NCBI GenBank assembly: GCA_045616525.1
Contig: JAZLGY010000095.1
Span: forward strand, 18,849 to 82,848
Length of the DNA stretch: 64,000 nucleotides
From: Acetatifactor sp.
Lineage (GTDB): Bacteria > Bacillota > Clostridia > Lachnospirales > Lachnospiraceae
Direction: 5' to 3'
Within the stretch, counting starts at the first letter, position 1. Every line of letters begins with the position of its first letter. The notes beneath the pieces were generated by a model. The model ran no database searches and was not told the DNA's origin. It was given only the letters and a program-made list of their open reading frames with translations. Of this stretch, positions 26,688-36,645 are shown piece by piece. The translations under genes and the position numbers were made by a program.

Positions 26688-28184
26688 TTATTTACTTTCG
26701 GATGAATCATTTATATCCTTATGCTCAACGGAGTTTGATTCATTTTGTTTGAAAGAAATAATAGTACTTGTTCGCGTTTGGGCATCATCCCATTTGACCG
26801 GAACTCTGCGAACCCACTCCTCTGCTCCGCTCATATATTTCATTCCGGATATAATTTCAGCGTTATGAACTTCATGATGTTGTGCTTTTGTTTTATTGAT
26901 TTCATTAATATACTTCATTCTTTCGTCTGAATTATATTCATGAATACCTGCATCATCGATACATTCTATATGTTCATACACACTTTCTTCAATTGGTAAT
27001 GATTTCTTAATCAAAGCACCATTAATAAAGGATCTTAAAGCAGCATAAATAACTGCAAATAATGGTACACCGATAATCATTCCGAATACACCAAAGATAC
27101 CACCAAAGAAGGTGATTGCAAAAATAACCCAGAAGCTTGATAAGCCGGTACTATCACCTAAGATCTTAGGTCCAATAATATTTCCGTCAACCTGTTGCAA
27201 GATTACAACAAAAATAAGGAAATACAAGCAGTTCAATGGATGAAGTGGATCTACAATCAATATCAATATTCCGGAAGGTATTGCACCAAGGAATGGTCCA
27301 AAGAAAGGAATAATATTGGTTAATCCAATAATTAAACTTACTAAGGCTGCATAAGGTGTACTCATAATGGTTGTTACAATGAAACAGATCAAACCAATAA
27401 TAAGAGAATCTACTAATTTTCCACCAATAAATCCAATAAATGTATTGTGTGTAAATCTCAAATTATTTAAGAATACATTGGCAGAATCCTTGTCTAAAAA
27501 GGCATATAAGAACTTTTTACCTTGAACAGCAAACTTTTCCTTGTTGGAAAGTAAATAAAAGGAAATAATAAAACCAATTACAAAGTTCCATAAAACCTTG
27601 AAGATACCAAATAAACTTGCAGATAAGGTTTTTACAATGTCTGTTGCCTTTGTAACAACATTAAAATCATAACCGGATAAGAACTCTTCTATGTTACCTG
27701 AATAAGTATCTACAAGGCCCATGACTGTTGTTTTAAATTCATTTTCGTCATTCATGAAATTATTGACCCAGTTTACAACGGTTTCCTCATATACATCATA
27801 GTTTTCAATAATCTTTTGAATACTCGGTACAATCTGGGAAATCATCATTCTGATCATCATATAAATCAATAAGAAAAATAATACGGTTGTTAAGGTTACG
27901 GAAACCTTACGAGTAAAGCTTCTTCTATTTTTTTCATTTTTGAATTTAATCTTGATGAAAATTTTATTTAAAAACTTCTTTTCTATAAAATTCAAAACAG
28001 GTGATAAGATATAAGCAAGAATAAAACCAAAAAAGACAGGCATTAAAACATGATATAACCCGGCAAAAATAATACCAATATTGGCTGTATTAAAGATTAA
28101 ATAATAGAATAAAATACTGGCTGCAATAGTTAAGAACCCTGTAGCTCCCCATCGAACATATTGATTGTTCCACTTGATTTTCAT
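26688..28184 (-). CDS. AI-2E (PerM/YtvI-like) family transporter with an extended C-terminal cytoplasmic tail
   Basis: 498 aa polytopic protein; UPF0118-type core ([13 protein letters not shown]). Confidence 0.8.
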   Translation of the reverse strand: MKIKWNNQYVRWGATGFLTIAASILFYYLIFNTANIGIIFAGLYHVLMPVFFGFILAYILSPVLNFIEKKFLNKIFIKIKFKNEKNRRSFTRKVSVTLTTVLFFLLIYMMIRMMISQIVPSIQKIIENYDVYEETVVNWVNNFMNDENEFKTTVMGLVDTYSGNIEEFLSGYDFNVVTKATDIVKTLSASLFGIFKVLWNFVIGFIISFYLLSNKEKFAVQGKKFLYAFLDKDSANVFLNNLRFTHNTFIGFIGGKLVDSLIIGLICFIVTTIMSTPYAALVSLIIGLTNIIPFFGPFLGAIPSGILILIVDPLHPLNCLYFLIFVVILQQVDGNIIGPKILGDSTGLSSFWVIFAITFFGGIFGVFGMIIGVPLFAVIYAALRSFINGALIKKSLPIEESVYEHIECIDDAGIHEYNSDERMKYINEINKTKAQHHEVHNAEIISGMKYMSGAEEWVRRVPVKWDDAQTRTSTIISFKQNESNSVEHKDINDSSESK

Positions 28185-28364
28185 GTTGCTGTACCCTCAG
28201 CTTTCTATAATTAAGATATTGAATATTAATATATAATTTGCTATAAATAATACGATATACATATATGTTAATCGTATAAGTGACCCATATTTCAATAATA
28301 CTCTTTTTGAGTTTTTAACTCAATAGAATAATAAAAAATTTATAGATTTTTCAGAGGAAATTAA

Positions 28365-29102
28365 ATGAAATTACAACAAGTTATGAGCCGCGTAAGAAAA
28401 GCGGTAGATGATTACAATATGATCGAGGAAGGGGATAAGATTGCCATAGGAATTTCAGGTGGAAAAGACTCTCTTGCTCTCCTCTATGCACTTTCCGGTT
28501 TAAGTAAATATTATCCTAAGAAGTTTACAGTCCATGCTGTTACTGTAGATTTAGGCTTCAATAATCTAAATCTGGAAGAAATAAAAAGCTTGTGTAGCGA
28601 ACTAAATGTTGAATATACAATCGTAAAAACAGATATTGCCAATATTGTATTTGATGAACGTAAAGAAAATAATCCATGTTCCCTGTGTGCTAAAATGCGT
28701 AAAGGTGCTTTAAATGATGCTATGAAAAGTATTGGCTGTAACAAAATTGCTTATGCACATCATAAGGATGATGTTGTTGAGACTATGTTGCTATCGCTGT
28801 TTTACGAGGGAAGGTTTCATACTTTCCAACCGGTAACCTTCCTGGATCGAACAGAGGTTACGGTAATCAGACCATTAATGTATATGAATGAAGCAGATGT
28901 GATTGGATTTGTTCATAAATATAATGTCCCCGTAGTTAAGAGCCCCTGTCCTGCAGATGGTCATACCAAACGCGAATATGTAAAACAGGTGCTCCAAAAC
29001 CTTAATAGAGAAAATCCGGGGATTAAAGAAAGAATGTTTTCTGCAATTATGAGTGGTATTCCGGGCTATAATATGGAATTACAAGATTCTGTCCTGAAAT
29101 AA
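28365..29102 (+). CDS. ttcA: TtcA-family tRNA 2-thiocytidine synthetase (PP-loop ATPase)
   Basis: 245 aa; PP-loop SGGKDS, CSLCAKMRKG cysteine motif. Confidence 0.85.
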   Translation: MKLQQVMSRVRKAVDDYNMIEEGDKIAIGISGGKDSLALLYALSGLSKYYPKKFTVHAVTVDLGFNNLNLEEIKSLCSELNVEYTIVKTDIANIVFDERKENNPCSLCAKMRKGALNDAMKSIGCNKIAYAHHKDDVVETMLLSLFYEGRFHTFQPVTFLDRTEVTVIRPLMYMNEADVIGFVHKYNVPVVKSPCPADGHTKREYVKQVLQNLNRENPGIKERMFSAIMSGIPGYNMELQDSVLK

Positions 29103-29421
29103 GGTCGCCATTTAATAGGTTATTGCTATATTTTATCTCCAGAATAAAATCTTCTACTGTAGCATAATGATCTTCATCATAGTACAGGTTCGCGATATCA
29201 GTTAAGGTGTCTCCTACCTGTACTTTTATTACTGTAAAATATTTATAATCATTGTGCTTTTCGTTTGTTGCATTGGCTTTTATGCCTTTTACTGTTAGAC
29301 AAACAGTAATTGCAAAAATTAATGTCAGAACAGTTAAAAAGAATTTTCTTCTTCTTTCTCTTGCTCTTCTTTTTTCAGCTAAACGTCTTCTTCGTTCTCT
29401 TTCATAATTAGTATTGTTCAT
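29047..29421 (-). CDS. LysM-domain membrane protein, YneA-like SOS cell-division inhibitor candidate
   Basis: 124 aa; Arg-rich N-terminus, one TM, C-terminal LysM (VQVGDTLTDIANLYY...GQNLVIP). Divergent from lexA and preceded by LexA boxes. Confidence 0.75.
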   Translation of the reverse strand: MNNTNYERERRRRLAEKRRARERRRKFFLTVLTLIFAITVCLTVKGIKANATNEKHNDYKYFTVIKVQVGDTLTDIANLYYDEDHYATVEDFILEIKYSNNLLNGDLISGQNLVIPYYSPEYHS

Positions 29422-29455
29422 AATATATTCTCCCTTTTTGAAATCTTTTTTATTC

Positions 29456-29509
29456 GGAACAAATGTTCAGAACATCTGTTCTAAATGCATTATAGCGAAC
29501 AAATATTCG
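29456..29509. promoter_or_regulatory. three LexA (Cheo) boxes
   Basis: GAACAAATGTTC (29457-29468), GAACATCTGTTC (29470-29481), CGAACAAATATTCG (29496-29509). A weaker GAACATATTTTT is at 29528-29539. Confidence 0.88.
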
Positions 29510-29517
29510 ATTGTCAA
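29489..29517 (-). promoter_or_regulatory. consensus sigma-A promoter of the YneA-like gene
   Basis: Minus strand TTGACA-17 nt-TATAAT. Box 3 lies in the spacer, and boxes 1 and 2 cover the start-site region. Confidence 0.75.
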
Positions 29518-29550
29518 CACTAAAATCGAACATATTTTTGGAATATATGT

Positions 29551-29579
29551 TTGCTTTTTGCTAATTGCTATGCTATAAT
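29551..29579 (+). promoter_or_regulatory. lexA promoter
   Basis: TTGCTT-17 nt-TATAAT with an extended TGn. Confidence 0.55.
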
Positions 29580-29631
29580 TTATAAAAATGATAGTTCATG
29601 TATACTTATTATATTTAAGGAGAGTTTATTT

Positions 29632-30249
29632 ATGGGATACGGTAAGATTACTGCTAAGCAGCAACAGATTCTTGATTATATTAAAGAAGAAATCTTAAAA
29701 AGAGGCTATCCACCGACTGTTAGAGAGATTTGTGAAACGGTAAATTTAAAATCCACCTCTTCTGTTCACTCTCATTTAGAGACCTTAGAGAAGAACGGAT
29801 ACCTTCGTCGTGATCCGACCAAGCCCAGAGCTATTGAAATCTGTGATGATAGTTTCCAGGCTGTTCGTACCGAAACAGTCAGTATTCCTATTGTAGGTCA
29901 GGTTGCAGCCGGTGTTCCTATTTTAGCTGAACAGAATATTGAAGAATACTTTCCGGTTCCTGCTGATATGGTACCTAAGGGGGAATCCTTCATCCTCAAG
30001 GTAAAGGGTGATTCTATGATTAATGTTGGTATTTTTAATGGAGATCGCATTTTTGTTCAGAGCTGTAACAGTGCATCTAATGGTGATTTGGTGGTTGCCC
30101 TTGTGGATGATTCGGCTACAGTAAAGACTTTTTATAAGGAAAAAGGACATATTCGTCTTCAGCCTGAAAATGATTCCATGGACCCTATTATTGTTGATGA
30201 TTGTCAGATTTTAGGTAAGGTATTCGGCGTTTATAGATTTTATAAATAA
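29632..30249 (+). CDS. lexA: LexA repressor
   Basis: 205 aa from the ATG at 29632 (AAGGAG RBS); winged-helix N-terminus, AAG cleavage site (VAAGVP), S...K dyad (GDSM...VKTF). Confidence 0.95.
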   Translation: MGYGKITAKQQQILDYIKEEILKRGYPPTVREICETVNLKSTSSVHSHLETLEKNGYLRRDPTKPRAIEICDDSFQAVRTETVSIPIVGQVAAGVPILAEQNIEEYFPVPADMVPKGESFILKVKGDSMINVGIFNGDRIFVQSCNSASNGDLVVALVDDSATVKTFYKEKGHIRLQPENDSMDPIIVDDCQILGKVFGVYRFYK

Positions 30250-30316
30250 TATGTATAATATTTGCTTTCCTGGATACTCTAAAGATAAATATTAATGATT
30301 ATTTGGAGGTGTTCTT

Positions 30317-30529
30317 ATGGGAAGTAAGTTTTTAGATTGTACCGCTTTAACCTTAACAATTGTTGGTGCAATTAATTGGGGATTAATAGGTTTCTTGAAA
30401 TTTGATTTAGTTGCATACCTGTTTGGAAATATGTCTATGCTTTCAAGGATTATTTATGGAATTGTTGGGATTTGTGGTTTATATCTTATTGGATTTTATA
30501 AATATCTTGGTCGTGACAATCGTATTTAA
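30317..30529 (+). CDS. DUF378 small membrane protein
   Basis: 70 aa; LTIVGAINWGLIGF motif. Confidence 0.75.
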   Translation: MGSKFLDCTALTLTIVGAINWGLIGFLKFDLVAYLFGNMSMLSRIIYGIVGICGLYLIGFYKYLGRDNRI

Positions 30530-30531
30530 AC

Positions 30532-30567
30532 AAAAAAAACGAAGGTATTTTTACCTTCGTTTTTTAT
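30532..30567. terminator. bidirectional terminator
   Basis: AAAAAAA-ACGAAGGT-attttt-ACCTTCGT-TTTTTT. Confidence 0.85.
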
Positions 30568-30576
30568 TATCCTAAA

Positions 30577-30924
30577 TTAAAGATTTTCAAGATCTACAGG
30601 CTTTCCATCTCTCCAAATTCTTTCTAAATCATAGAGAAGTCGATTTTCCTTATCGAAAATATGAACAATAATATCGCCAAAATCCATAAGAATCCAATTG
30701 GCTGTATTATATCCTTCAATCTGCTTAGGGTGAGCACCTGCACGTCCCAATGTCTCTTCTACATTGTTGGACATAGCCTGAATCTGGCTGATATTACTAC
30801 CACCTGCGATTATGAAATAATCTGCAATCACAGAAACCTCGCTGATATCAATTACCTTGATGTCTTCTGCTTTTTTATCTTCTAATGCAGATATTGCAAG
30901 TTTTAACATTTCTTTAGATGTCAT
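30577..30924 (-). CDS. rsfS: ribosome silencing factor
   Basis: 115 aa; DYFIIAGGSN...NWILMDFGDIIVHIF. Confidence 0.92.
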   Translation of the reverse strand: MTSKEMLKLAISALEDKKAEDIKVIDISEVSVIADYFIIAGGSNISQIQAMSNNVEETLGRAGAHPKQIEGYNTANWILMDFGDIIVHIFDKENRLLYDLERIWRDGKPVDLENL

Positions 30925-31502
30925 TATTTTAACTCCTTTTTATAATAATCATATGTTGCCTGGGTAACAGGGTCAATTACCTCGTTTGTATCTTGGAGAT
31001 AGCTTAATGTTCCTTCCATTGAAAGAACTAGGGCTTCATCAATATTCTGAAAAGCTGCTTTGCGTATTTCAGACATTTTAGGAAGCTGTTTTCTGCCGGG
31101 TTCAATATAGTCTGCAATATAAATAATTTTTTCAAGCATACTCATACCGGGTCTACCTGTTGTATGATACAAAATTGCATTCAAAATATCTTCATCATCA
31201 ATATCATAATCTTTTTTGGCCAAATACATACCTACTTTAGCATGTAATAAAGATGGTTTTTCGTATTCAACCTTTGTGATTTCGATTTTTTTCTTTTCAC
31301 AGATAGAGATACGTTTTTCGTCAGATAAGCATTTGGCACAATCATGAAGCAGTCCTGCAACAATTGCTTTATTAAGATCAATATCATATACCATAGCAAG
31401 GGAAGCGGCAGTATATGCAACGCCCAATGTATGCTCAAAACGCTTTGCATCCAGTTCTTTTTCCATTGCTTTACGTAATTTCGCTATATCAGTCTTTTTC
31501 AT
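30924..31502 (-). CDS. yqeK: HD-domain bis(5'-nucleosyl)-tetraphosphatase YqeK
   Basis: 192 aa; RFEHTLGV...LLHDCAK HD motif; nadD-yqeK-rsfS context. Confidence 0.88.
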   Translation of the reverse strand: MKKTDIAKLRKAMEKELDAKRFEHTLGVAYTAASLAMVYDIDLNKAIVAGLLHDCAKCLSDEKRISICEKKKIEITKVEYEKPSLLHAKVGMYLAKKDYDIDDEDILNAILYHTTGRPGMSMLEKIIYIADYIEPGRKQLPKMSEIRKAAFQNIDEALVLSMEGTLSYLQDTNEVIDPVTQATYDYYKKELK

Positions 31503-31522
31503 TGCTTTACCCCAATACTCTA

Positions 31523-32134
31523 TTACTTATATAGAGCTTCTTTTTCGATGAATTCTAAACAGGCATCAGGAACCATATATTTTATACTTTCCCCTGCTTT
31601 TACTTTATTGCGAATGTCTGTGGATGACAGGTCTATTGTTGGGAAAGAAATAAGTTCAATTCTACATTGAAACCTATCTTCTAATTCTTTTTTCTTGGCC
31701 TGCATCGCTGTATCATCGATTCCATTTCTATTTGCGGCAATTAATATACAGTTTTTGAATATTTCTTCAACTTTGTACCATTTTTCAATAAAAAACAGGC
31801 AATCCGCACCTACAATGAAATATAGATCTGCATCCACATATATTTTCTTTAATTCCTGTAGGGTTTCATAAGTGTACGTGTCACCTTGACGCAATACTTC
31901 TATATTGCTGCTGGTAAAACAGGGATTATCCTTAATGGCGAGATTTACCATTTCAAATCGTATTTCCCCCGGTAGTACATTATCGTTTTTCTTTAAATAG
32001 GAACAGCCTGTGGGTATAAAGATAATCTGATCCAAATCAAACCGATCCCTGGCCCATTGTCCTAACATAAGATGTCCGTTATGAATGGGATTAAAGGTAC
32101 CTCCCATAATGCCTATTTTTTTCTTGTTTTCCAT
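31523..32134 (-). CDS. nadD: nicotinate-nucleotide adenylyltransferase
   Basis: 203 aa; GGTFNPIHNGH motif. Confidence 0.93.
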   Translation of the reverse strand: MENKKKIGIMGGTFNPIHNGHLMLGQWARDRFDLDQIIFIPTGCSYLKKNDNVLPGEIRFEMVNLAIKDNPCFTSSNIEVLRQGDTYTYETLQELKKIYVDADLYFIVGADCLFFIEKWYKVEEIFKNCILIAANRNGIDDTAMQAKKKELEDRFQCRIELISFPTIDLSSTDIRNKVKAGESIKYMVPDACLEFIEKEALYK

Positions 32135-32147
32135 GAAATATCACCTA

Positions 32148-32438
32148 TTATCTTGGTAATTCAATTTTAGGATTTTCTTTATCCGGTTTATATAATACTA
32201 TTTTCTTGCCAATAACCTGTACAACTTGGGCATGTGCTCTTTCTGCAAGAACCTGCGCAATCTCATTAGGGTCATCCATACAGTTCTTTAATACAGCAAT
32301 TTTAATTAATTCTCGTTTATTAAAGCTTTCTGCAATAGCTTCTGTAAATTCAGGTGTAAGACTTGATTTTCCGACCTGAAAAATAGGATCAAGATTACTT
32401 GCAAGACTCTTTAAATAAGCTCTTTGTTTGCTTGTCAT
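32148..32438 (-). CDS. yhbY: YhbY-like CRM-domain RNA-binding protein
   Basis: 96 aa; LTSKQRAYLKSLA...GKSSLT. Confidence 0.85.
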   Translation of the reverse strand: MTSKQRAYLKSLASNLDPIFQVGKSSLTPEFTEAIAESFNKRELIKIAVLKNCMDDPNEIAQVLAERAHAQVVQVIGKKIVLYKPDKENPKIELPR

Positions 32439-32452
32439 AATGATATCCCTTT

Positions 32453-33751
32453 CTATTTATAATAATCAAATGCAAGACCATACATTCTTACGGTATCGCC
32501 TTCCTGGATGCCCAATGCTTCAAGCTCATCTAAGATACCGGTATCCTTTAAGAAATTCTGGAAGAATGTAAAGCCCTTTTCACTGTCTAAGTTAGTGTAA
32601 CCAAGCATTTTTTCAATACGAGGACCTTCTACTACATATTCACCGGTTTCCTCGTTATGAACAGCTGTATAAGGTAGATTTCTATAACCTAAGCCCTCTT
32701 CTTCAGGGAAGTATTCCTGGTGGAATACAACAGGCTCTGTCTTAATCTCACCAAGCATTGTATTTACAGCATACAATAGTTCTTTTACTCCTTCACCTGT
32801 TACGGCTGAAATTGGAAAGATTTTGTACCCTAAAGGTTCAAATTCTTTTTTTAATTTGTCCAAAGGGTTTTCCTCGCCCTCCTGTAAATAAATGGAATCT
32901 ATTTTGTTTGCAGCGATTACCTGAGGTCTCTTGGAAATGTCTGCATTATATTTTTCTAATTCTTTATTAATGGTGTAGATATCCTCGATTGGATCTCGGC
33001 CTTCTGTTCCTGCAGCATCAACTACATGAATCATCATCTTGGTTCTTTCAATGTGTCTTAAAAACTCATGACCAAGACCTGCACCATCGCTGGCACCTTC
33101 TATAAGTCCGGGAATATCTGCAATAACAAAACCATTTATATCATCCAAATCAACAACACCTAAGTTAGGATTTAAGGTTGTGAAATGGTAATTGGCTATC
33201 TTAGGTCTGGCATTAGTTACTCTGGAAAGAAAGGTTGATTTACCAACGTTAGGAAATCCAACTAAACCAACATCTGCAATAACCTTTAATTCTAGCTGTA
33301 AGGTAAGTTCAATAGCAGGCTGACCGGGTTGTGCATATTTTGGTACCTGCATGGTACTTGTTGCATAATGCTGGTTACCATTGCCGCCTTTACCACCCTT
33401 TAATACTACAACTCGTCTATTATCACCAGACATATCAATTAATACTTTACCGGTTTCTGCTTCTTTTACAACAGTTCCTTCCGGTACTTTGATCACAATG
33501 TCTTCACCGTCTTTACCGTGACAATTCCTTTTACCGCCTTGTTCGCCGTCTTCTGCAGCATATTTACGAATATGACGGAAATTAGTAAGAGTATTCATAC
33601 CCTCATCAATCTCGAAAATGACATCGCCACCTTTTCCTCCATCACCGCCATCTGGTCCACCGGCTGCTACAAATTTTTCTCTTCTAAATGATACATGTCC
33701 GTCGCCGCCTTTTCCACTTTTGACGAAAACCGTTGCTCTATCTGCAAACAT
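32453..33751 (-). CDS. obg: GTPase Obg/CgtA
   Basis: MFADRATVFVKSGKGGDGHVSFRREK Obg fold, GFPNVGKST P-loop, C-terminal OCT domain. The start is trimmed to the ATG at 33751 (GGAAGGAG RBS), because the longer ORF runs through a terminator hairpin. Confidence 0.93.
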   Translation of the reverse strand: MFADRATVFVKSGKGGDGHVSFRREKFVAAGGPDGGDGGKGGDVIFEIDEGMNTLTNFRHIRKYAAEDGEQGGKRNCHGKDGEDIVIKVPEGTVVKEAETGKVLIDMSGDNRRVVVLKGGKGGNGNQHYATSTMQVPKYAQPGQPAIELTLQLELKVIADVGLVGFPNVGKSTFLSRVTNARPKIANYHFTTLNPNLGVVDLDDINGFVIADIPGLIEGASDGAGLGHEFLRHIERTKMMIHVVDAAGTEGRDPIEDIYTINKELEKYNADISKRPQVIAANKIDSIYLQEGEENPLDKLKKEFEPLGYKIFPISAVTGEGVKELLYAVNTMLGEIKTEPVVFHQEYFPEEEGLGYRNLPYTAVHNEETGEYVVEGPRIEKMLGYTNLDSEKGFTFFQNFLKDTGILDELEALGIQEGDTVRMYGLAFDYYK

Positions 33752-33776
33752 CTTTGAACTCCTTCCTGTAAAAGGT

Positions 33777-33810
33777 TGAAAAAAGGCTTCAAACAAAGAT
33801 GTTTGAAGCC
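33777..33810 (-). terminator. terminator/attenuator between rpmA and obg
   Basis: Minus strand GGCTTCAAACA-tctt-TGTTTGAAGCC followed by TTTTTT. Confidence 0.75.
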
Positions 33811-33862
33811 CGCATAAAAGTTAAATTACTTTCTTAAGGTTATTCCTGTTTGAGGATTGATC

Positions 33863-34147
33863 TTACTGCTCAACGGGATAAACAGAAGCCTGCTTCTTGT
33901 CTCTTCCTTTTCTCTCAAACTTAAGAACTCCATCAACCAAAGCGAATAATGTATCATCGCCACCGATACCTACATTAACACCGGGATGAATCTTGGTACC
34001 ACGCTGTCTGTACAGAATGTTACCAGCCTTTACGAACTGTGCGTCAGCTCTCTTAGCACCTAATCTCTTGGACTCGGAATCTCTACCGTTCTTAGTAGAA
34101 CCAACTCCCTTTTTATGAGCGAAGAATTGAAGGTTCATATTTAACAT
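33863..34147 (-). CDS. rpmA: 50S ribosomal protein L27 with cleavable N-terminal extension
   Basis: 94 aa; [14 protein letters not shown] Prp cleavage motif. Confidence 0.95.
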   Translation of the reverse strand: MLNMNLQFFAHKKGVGSTKNGRDSESKRLGAKRADAQFVKAGNILYRQRGTKIHPGVNVGIGGDDTLFALVDGVLKFERKGRDKKQASVYPVEQ

Positions 34148-34150
34148 GGT

Positions 34151-34483
34151 TTACACCTCCTCGAATTTTACTAATAAAAATTTTTCACCATAGCTATTGC
34201 TCAGATCCTGTAATCCGAAAACCATGGCATCCATCAATGCGATGGACTGCAATGATAAAGTACCTTGAAACTCACAGGATAAAAATCCGGTGTCCTGATT
34301 CTGCTTTACAACAAAATCCTCATGGAATAACTCTTCCATACAATTCAAAGTATTAATAGTAAGTACTGAAACAGCACTACATAAAATATCAGGCTTTCCC
34401 TTCTTGGCATACTCAGCATGACCAAAACAATGAAATCCTATATATTCACCTTTATCATTTTTCTTGATTGTAACTGTTGTCAT
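34151..34483 (-). CDS. prp: ribosomal-processing cysteine protease Prp
   Basis: 110 aa; GHAEY...DILCSAVS catalytic His/Cys; lies between rplU and rpmA. Confidence 0.9.
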   Translation of the reverse strand: MTTVTIKKNDKGEYIGFHCFGHAEYAKKGKPDILCSAVSVLTINTLNCMEELFHEDFVVKQNQDTGFLSCEFQGTLSLQSIALMDAMVFGLQDLSNSYGEKFLLVKFEEV

Positions 34484-34499
34484 AATCTTCCACTAAAAA

Positions 34500-34805
34500 T
34501 TAAGCATTAATCTTGTCAATCTTAACCTGAGTGTATGCTTGTCTATGACCGTTCTTCTTGTGGTAACCGGATTTTCTCTTGTACTTGTATACAATAACCT
34601 TCTTACCTCTTCCCTGCTCCATAACAGTTGCAGCTACAGTAGCGTTAGCTACATCAGCACCAACCTTAAGAGTAGAATCACTTACTGCGATTACCTGGTC
34701 AAAAGTAACAGTAGAACTAACTTCTGCGTCGATCTTCTCAATCTTGATCACATCTCCTTCAGAAACTTTGTACTGCTTTCCACCTGTTGCAATAATTGCG
34801 TACAT
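34500..34805 (-). CDS. rplU: 50S ribosomal protein L21
   Basis: [14 protein letters not shown] from the ATG at 34805 with an AGGAGG RBS. Confidence 0.95.
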   Translation of the reverse strand: MYAIIATGGKQYKVSEGDVIKIEKIDAEVSSTVTFDQVIAVSDSTLKVGADVANATVAATVMEQGRGKKVIVYKYKRKSGYHKKNGHRQAYTQVKIDKINA

Positions 34806-34941
34806 AAGGCACCTCCTATTCACGAACCTGGGACTACCAGCGTTCTTTTACTCGCTAACTTTGGTGTTGTCATTTGGACAAACTTCTACCTAGCTATGCG
34901 GCATACCATGAAAGAATATCATGCGATTCCTTATGTGTCAA
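34806..34941 (-). promoter_or_regulatory. rplU promoter plus structured 5' UTR of about 100 nt (candidate L21 leader)
   Basis: Minus strand TTGACA-17 nt-TATTCT (34941-34913). The UTR has hairpins (UUGUC-caaau-GACAA; GCG..CGC; CUGG..CCAG). L21 leaders are known upstream of rplU in Firmicutes. Confidence 0.45.
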
Positions 34942-34947
34942 TAGTTT

Positions 34948-35583
34948 TTAAACATTTTTTGCTCTATTTTTTTCGAATTCTTCTACATATTTAATAATAA
35001 GCTCTACTGTTCCATCAATACCAAGGACACTGGAGTTTAAACATAGATCATAGCTGTCTGCACGACCCCATTTCTTGGAACTATAATAATTATAGTAGCT
35101 CTGACGCTGCTTATCCTTCTTGTTCATCATTTCCTTTGCTTTATCTTCCTTTAAATCGTATTTTTCCATAATACGTTTAACTTTTGTTTTTTCATCAGCA
35201 TAAATAAAAAGATGAACACAGTTTTCATATTCATTTAAGGCGTAATCAGCACATCGTCCTACAATCACGCAACCGCCTTCGTCAGCAATCTTCTTAATCG
35301 TATCGAACTGTGCAAGAAATACCTTGTGGCTAATAGGCATATCTACAAAGGAGGATGCATTGTAACCAAATGAATAGGTATCCATAACTAAATTATATAA
35401 GAATGAATTTGTTGGTCTCTCGTCATGATTCTGAATCATTTCCTCGCAAAAACCACTCTCTTTGGCAGCACGACTTAGTAATTCCTTGTCATAGCATTTC
35501 ACATTAAAATGTTCTGCTAATTTTTCGCCGATTTCTCGTCCGCCTGAACCAAACTGTCTTCCGATTGTAATAATTGTATTCAT
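34948..35583 (-). CDS. cytidylate kinase-like family protein
   Basis: 211 aa; ITIGRQFGSGGREIGEKLA P-loop variant typical of this family. Confidence 0.8.
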   Translation of the reverse strand: MNTIITIGRQFGSGGREIGEKLAEHFNVKCYDKELLSRAAKESGFCEEMIQNHDERPTNSFLYNLVMDTYSFGYNASSFVDMPISHKVFLAQFDTIKKIADEGGCVIVGRCADYALNEYENCVHLFIYADEKTKVKRIMEKYDLKEDKAKEMMNKKDKQRQSYYNYYSSKKWGRADSYDLCLNSSVLGIDGTVELIIKYVEEFEKNRAKNV

Positions 35584-35727
35584 AAATTACCCTCCATTCA
35601 CCAATGCAATTGGATTTTTGTTTTTGTATAATAAAGTACAAATTATATTCTAATTATATACTTTATTGGGTAATTTTGCTAGTAAATTTTACAAATTTAA
35701 TATCAAATTGTGAATAATATACATAAT

Positions 35728-36645
35728 TTATTCTTCCATAACATCCAATAAATGCTTGAAGTATTCTGGCAGGGGGGCATTTACTTCCACATACTCTTTT
35801 GTGCAGGGATGAATAAAACCAAGAGTCATTGCATGTAAAGTCTGGCCCTGCAGTTTATAAGGGCATTTTCGCTCACCTGCATACAGTGTATCTCCTATAA
35901 GAGGATGACCTATACTAGCCATATGCACACGAATTTGATGTGTTCTGCCTGTCTCAAGGATACATTGAATATACGTAAAATTCTTAAAGCGTTTTAATAC
36001 TTTATAATGGGTAACTGCCGGTTTGCCGGAAATATCATTGATTGCCATCTTTTTTCGATCAACAGCATGTCTTGCGATTCCACCCTTGATGGTTCCTTCG
36101 TCTTCGCTGATTCTGCCAAAGCATATAGCATGGTAGATTCGATGGATGGAATGGACCTTTAGCTGCTCGGCAATATCATTATGTGACAAATCGTTCTTAC
36201 ATATAATCAGAGAACCTGTTGTGTCCATGTCAATACGATGTACAATACCGGGGCGCATAACACCGTTAATACCTGATAATTCATGTCCACAATGATGCAT
36301 GACGGCATTCACAACGGTTCCGGTATAATGGCCTGCAGCGGGATGAACGACCATACCCTTAGGTTTATTGATTACAAGTACATCCTGATCCTCATATAAA
36401 ATATCTAAGGGGATATCTTCCGGTACAATATCCGGGGCCTCATTGGGGGGAAGCAAAAAAACAATTTCGTCCCCTTCACACACCTTATAACTACTTTTGA
36501 CCAGGTTGCCATTTACAGTGACAGCCTGGTCCTTCATTAATTTTTGAATATAACTTCGAGATATGGTATCAATCAGATTACTGATACATTTATCAATTCG
36601 TTCTCCCTCCATCTCCGGAGAAACCTGAAAATGAAATTCTTCCAT
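35728..36645 (-). CDS. rluD: RluA-family 23S rRNA pseudouridine synthase (RluD-like)
   Basis: 305 aa; S4 domain, then HRIDMDTTG catalytic motif. Confidence 0.9.
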   Translation of the reverse strand: MEEFHFQVSPEMEGERIDKCISNLIDTISRSYIQKLMKDQAVTVNGNLVKSSYKVCEGDEIVFLLPPNEAPDIVPEDIPLDILYEDQDVLVINKPKGMVVHPAAGHYTGTVVNAVMHHCGHELSGINGVMRPGIVHRIDMDTTGSLIICKNDLSHNDIAEQLKVHSIHRIYHAICFGRISEDEGTIKGGIARHAVDRKKMAINDISGKPAVTHYKVLKRFKNFTYIQCILETGRTHQIRVHMASIGHPLIGDTLYAGERKCPYKLQGQTLHAMTLGFIHPCTKEYVEVNAPLPEYFKHLLDVMEE

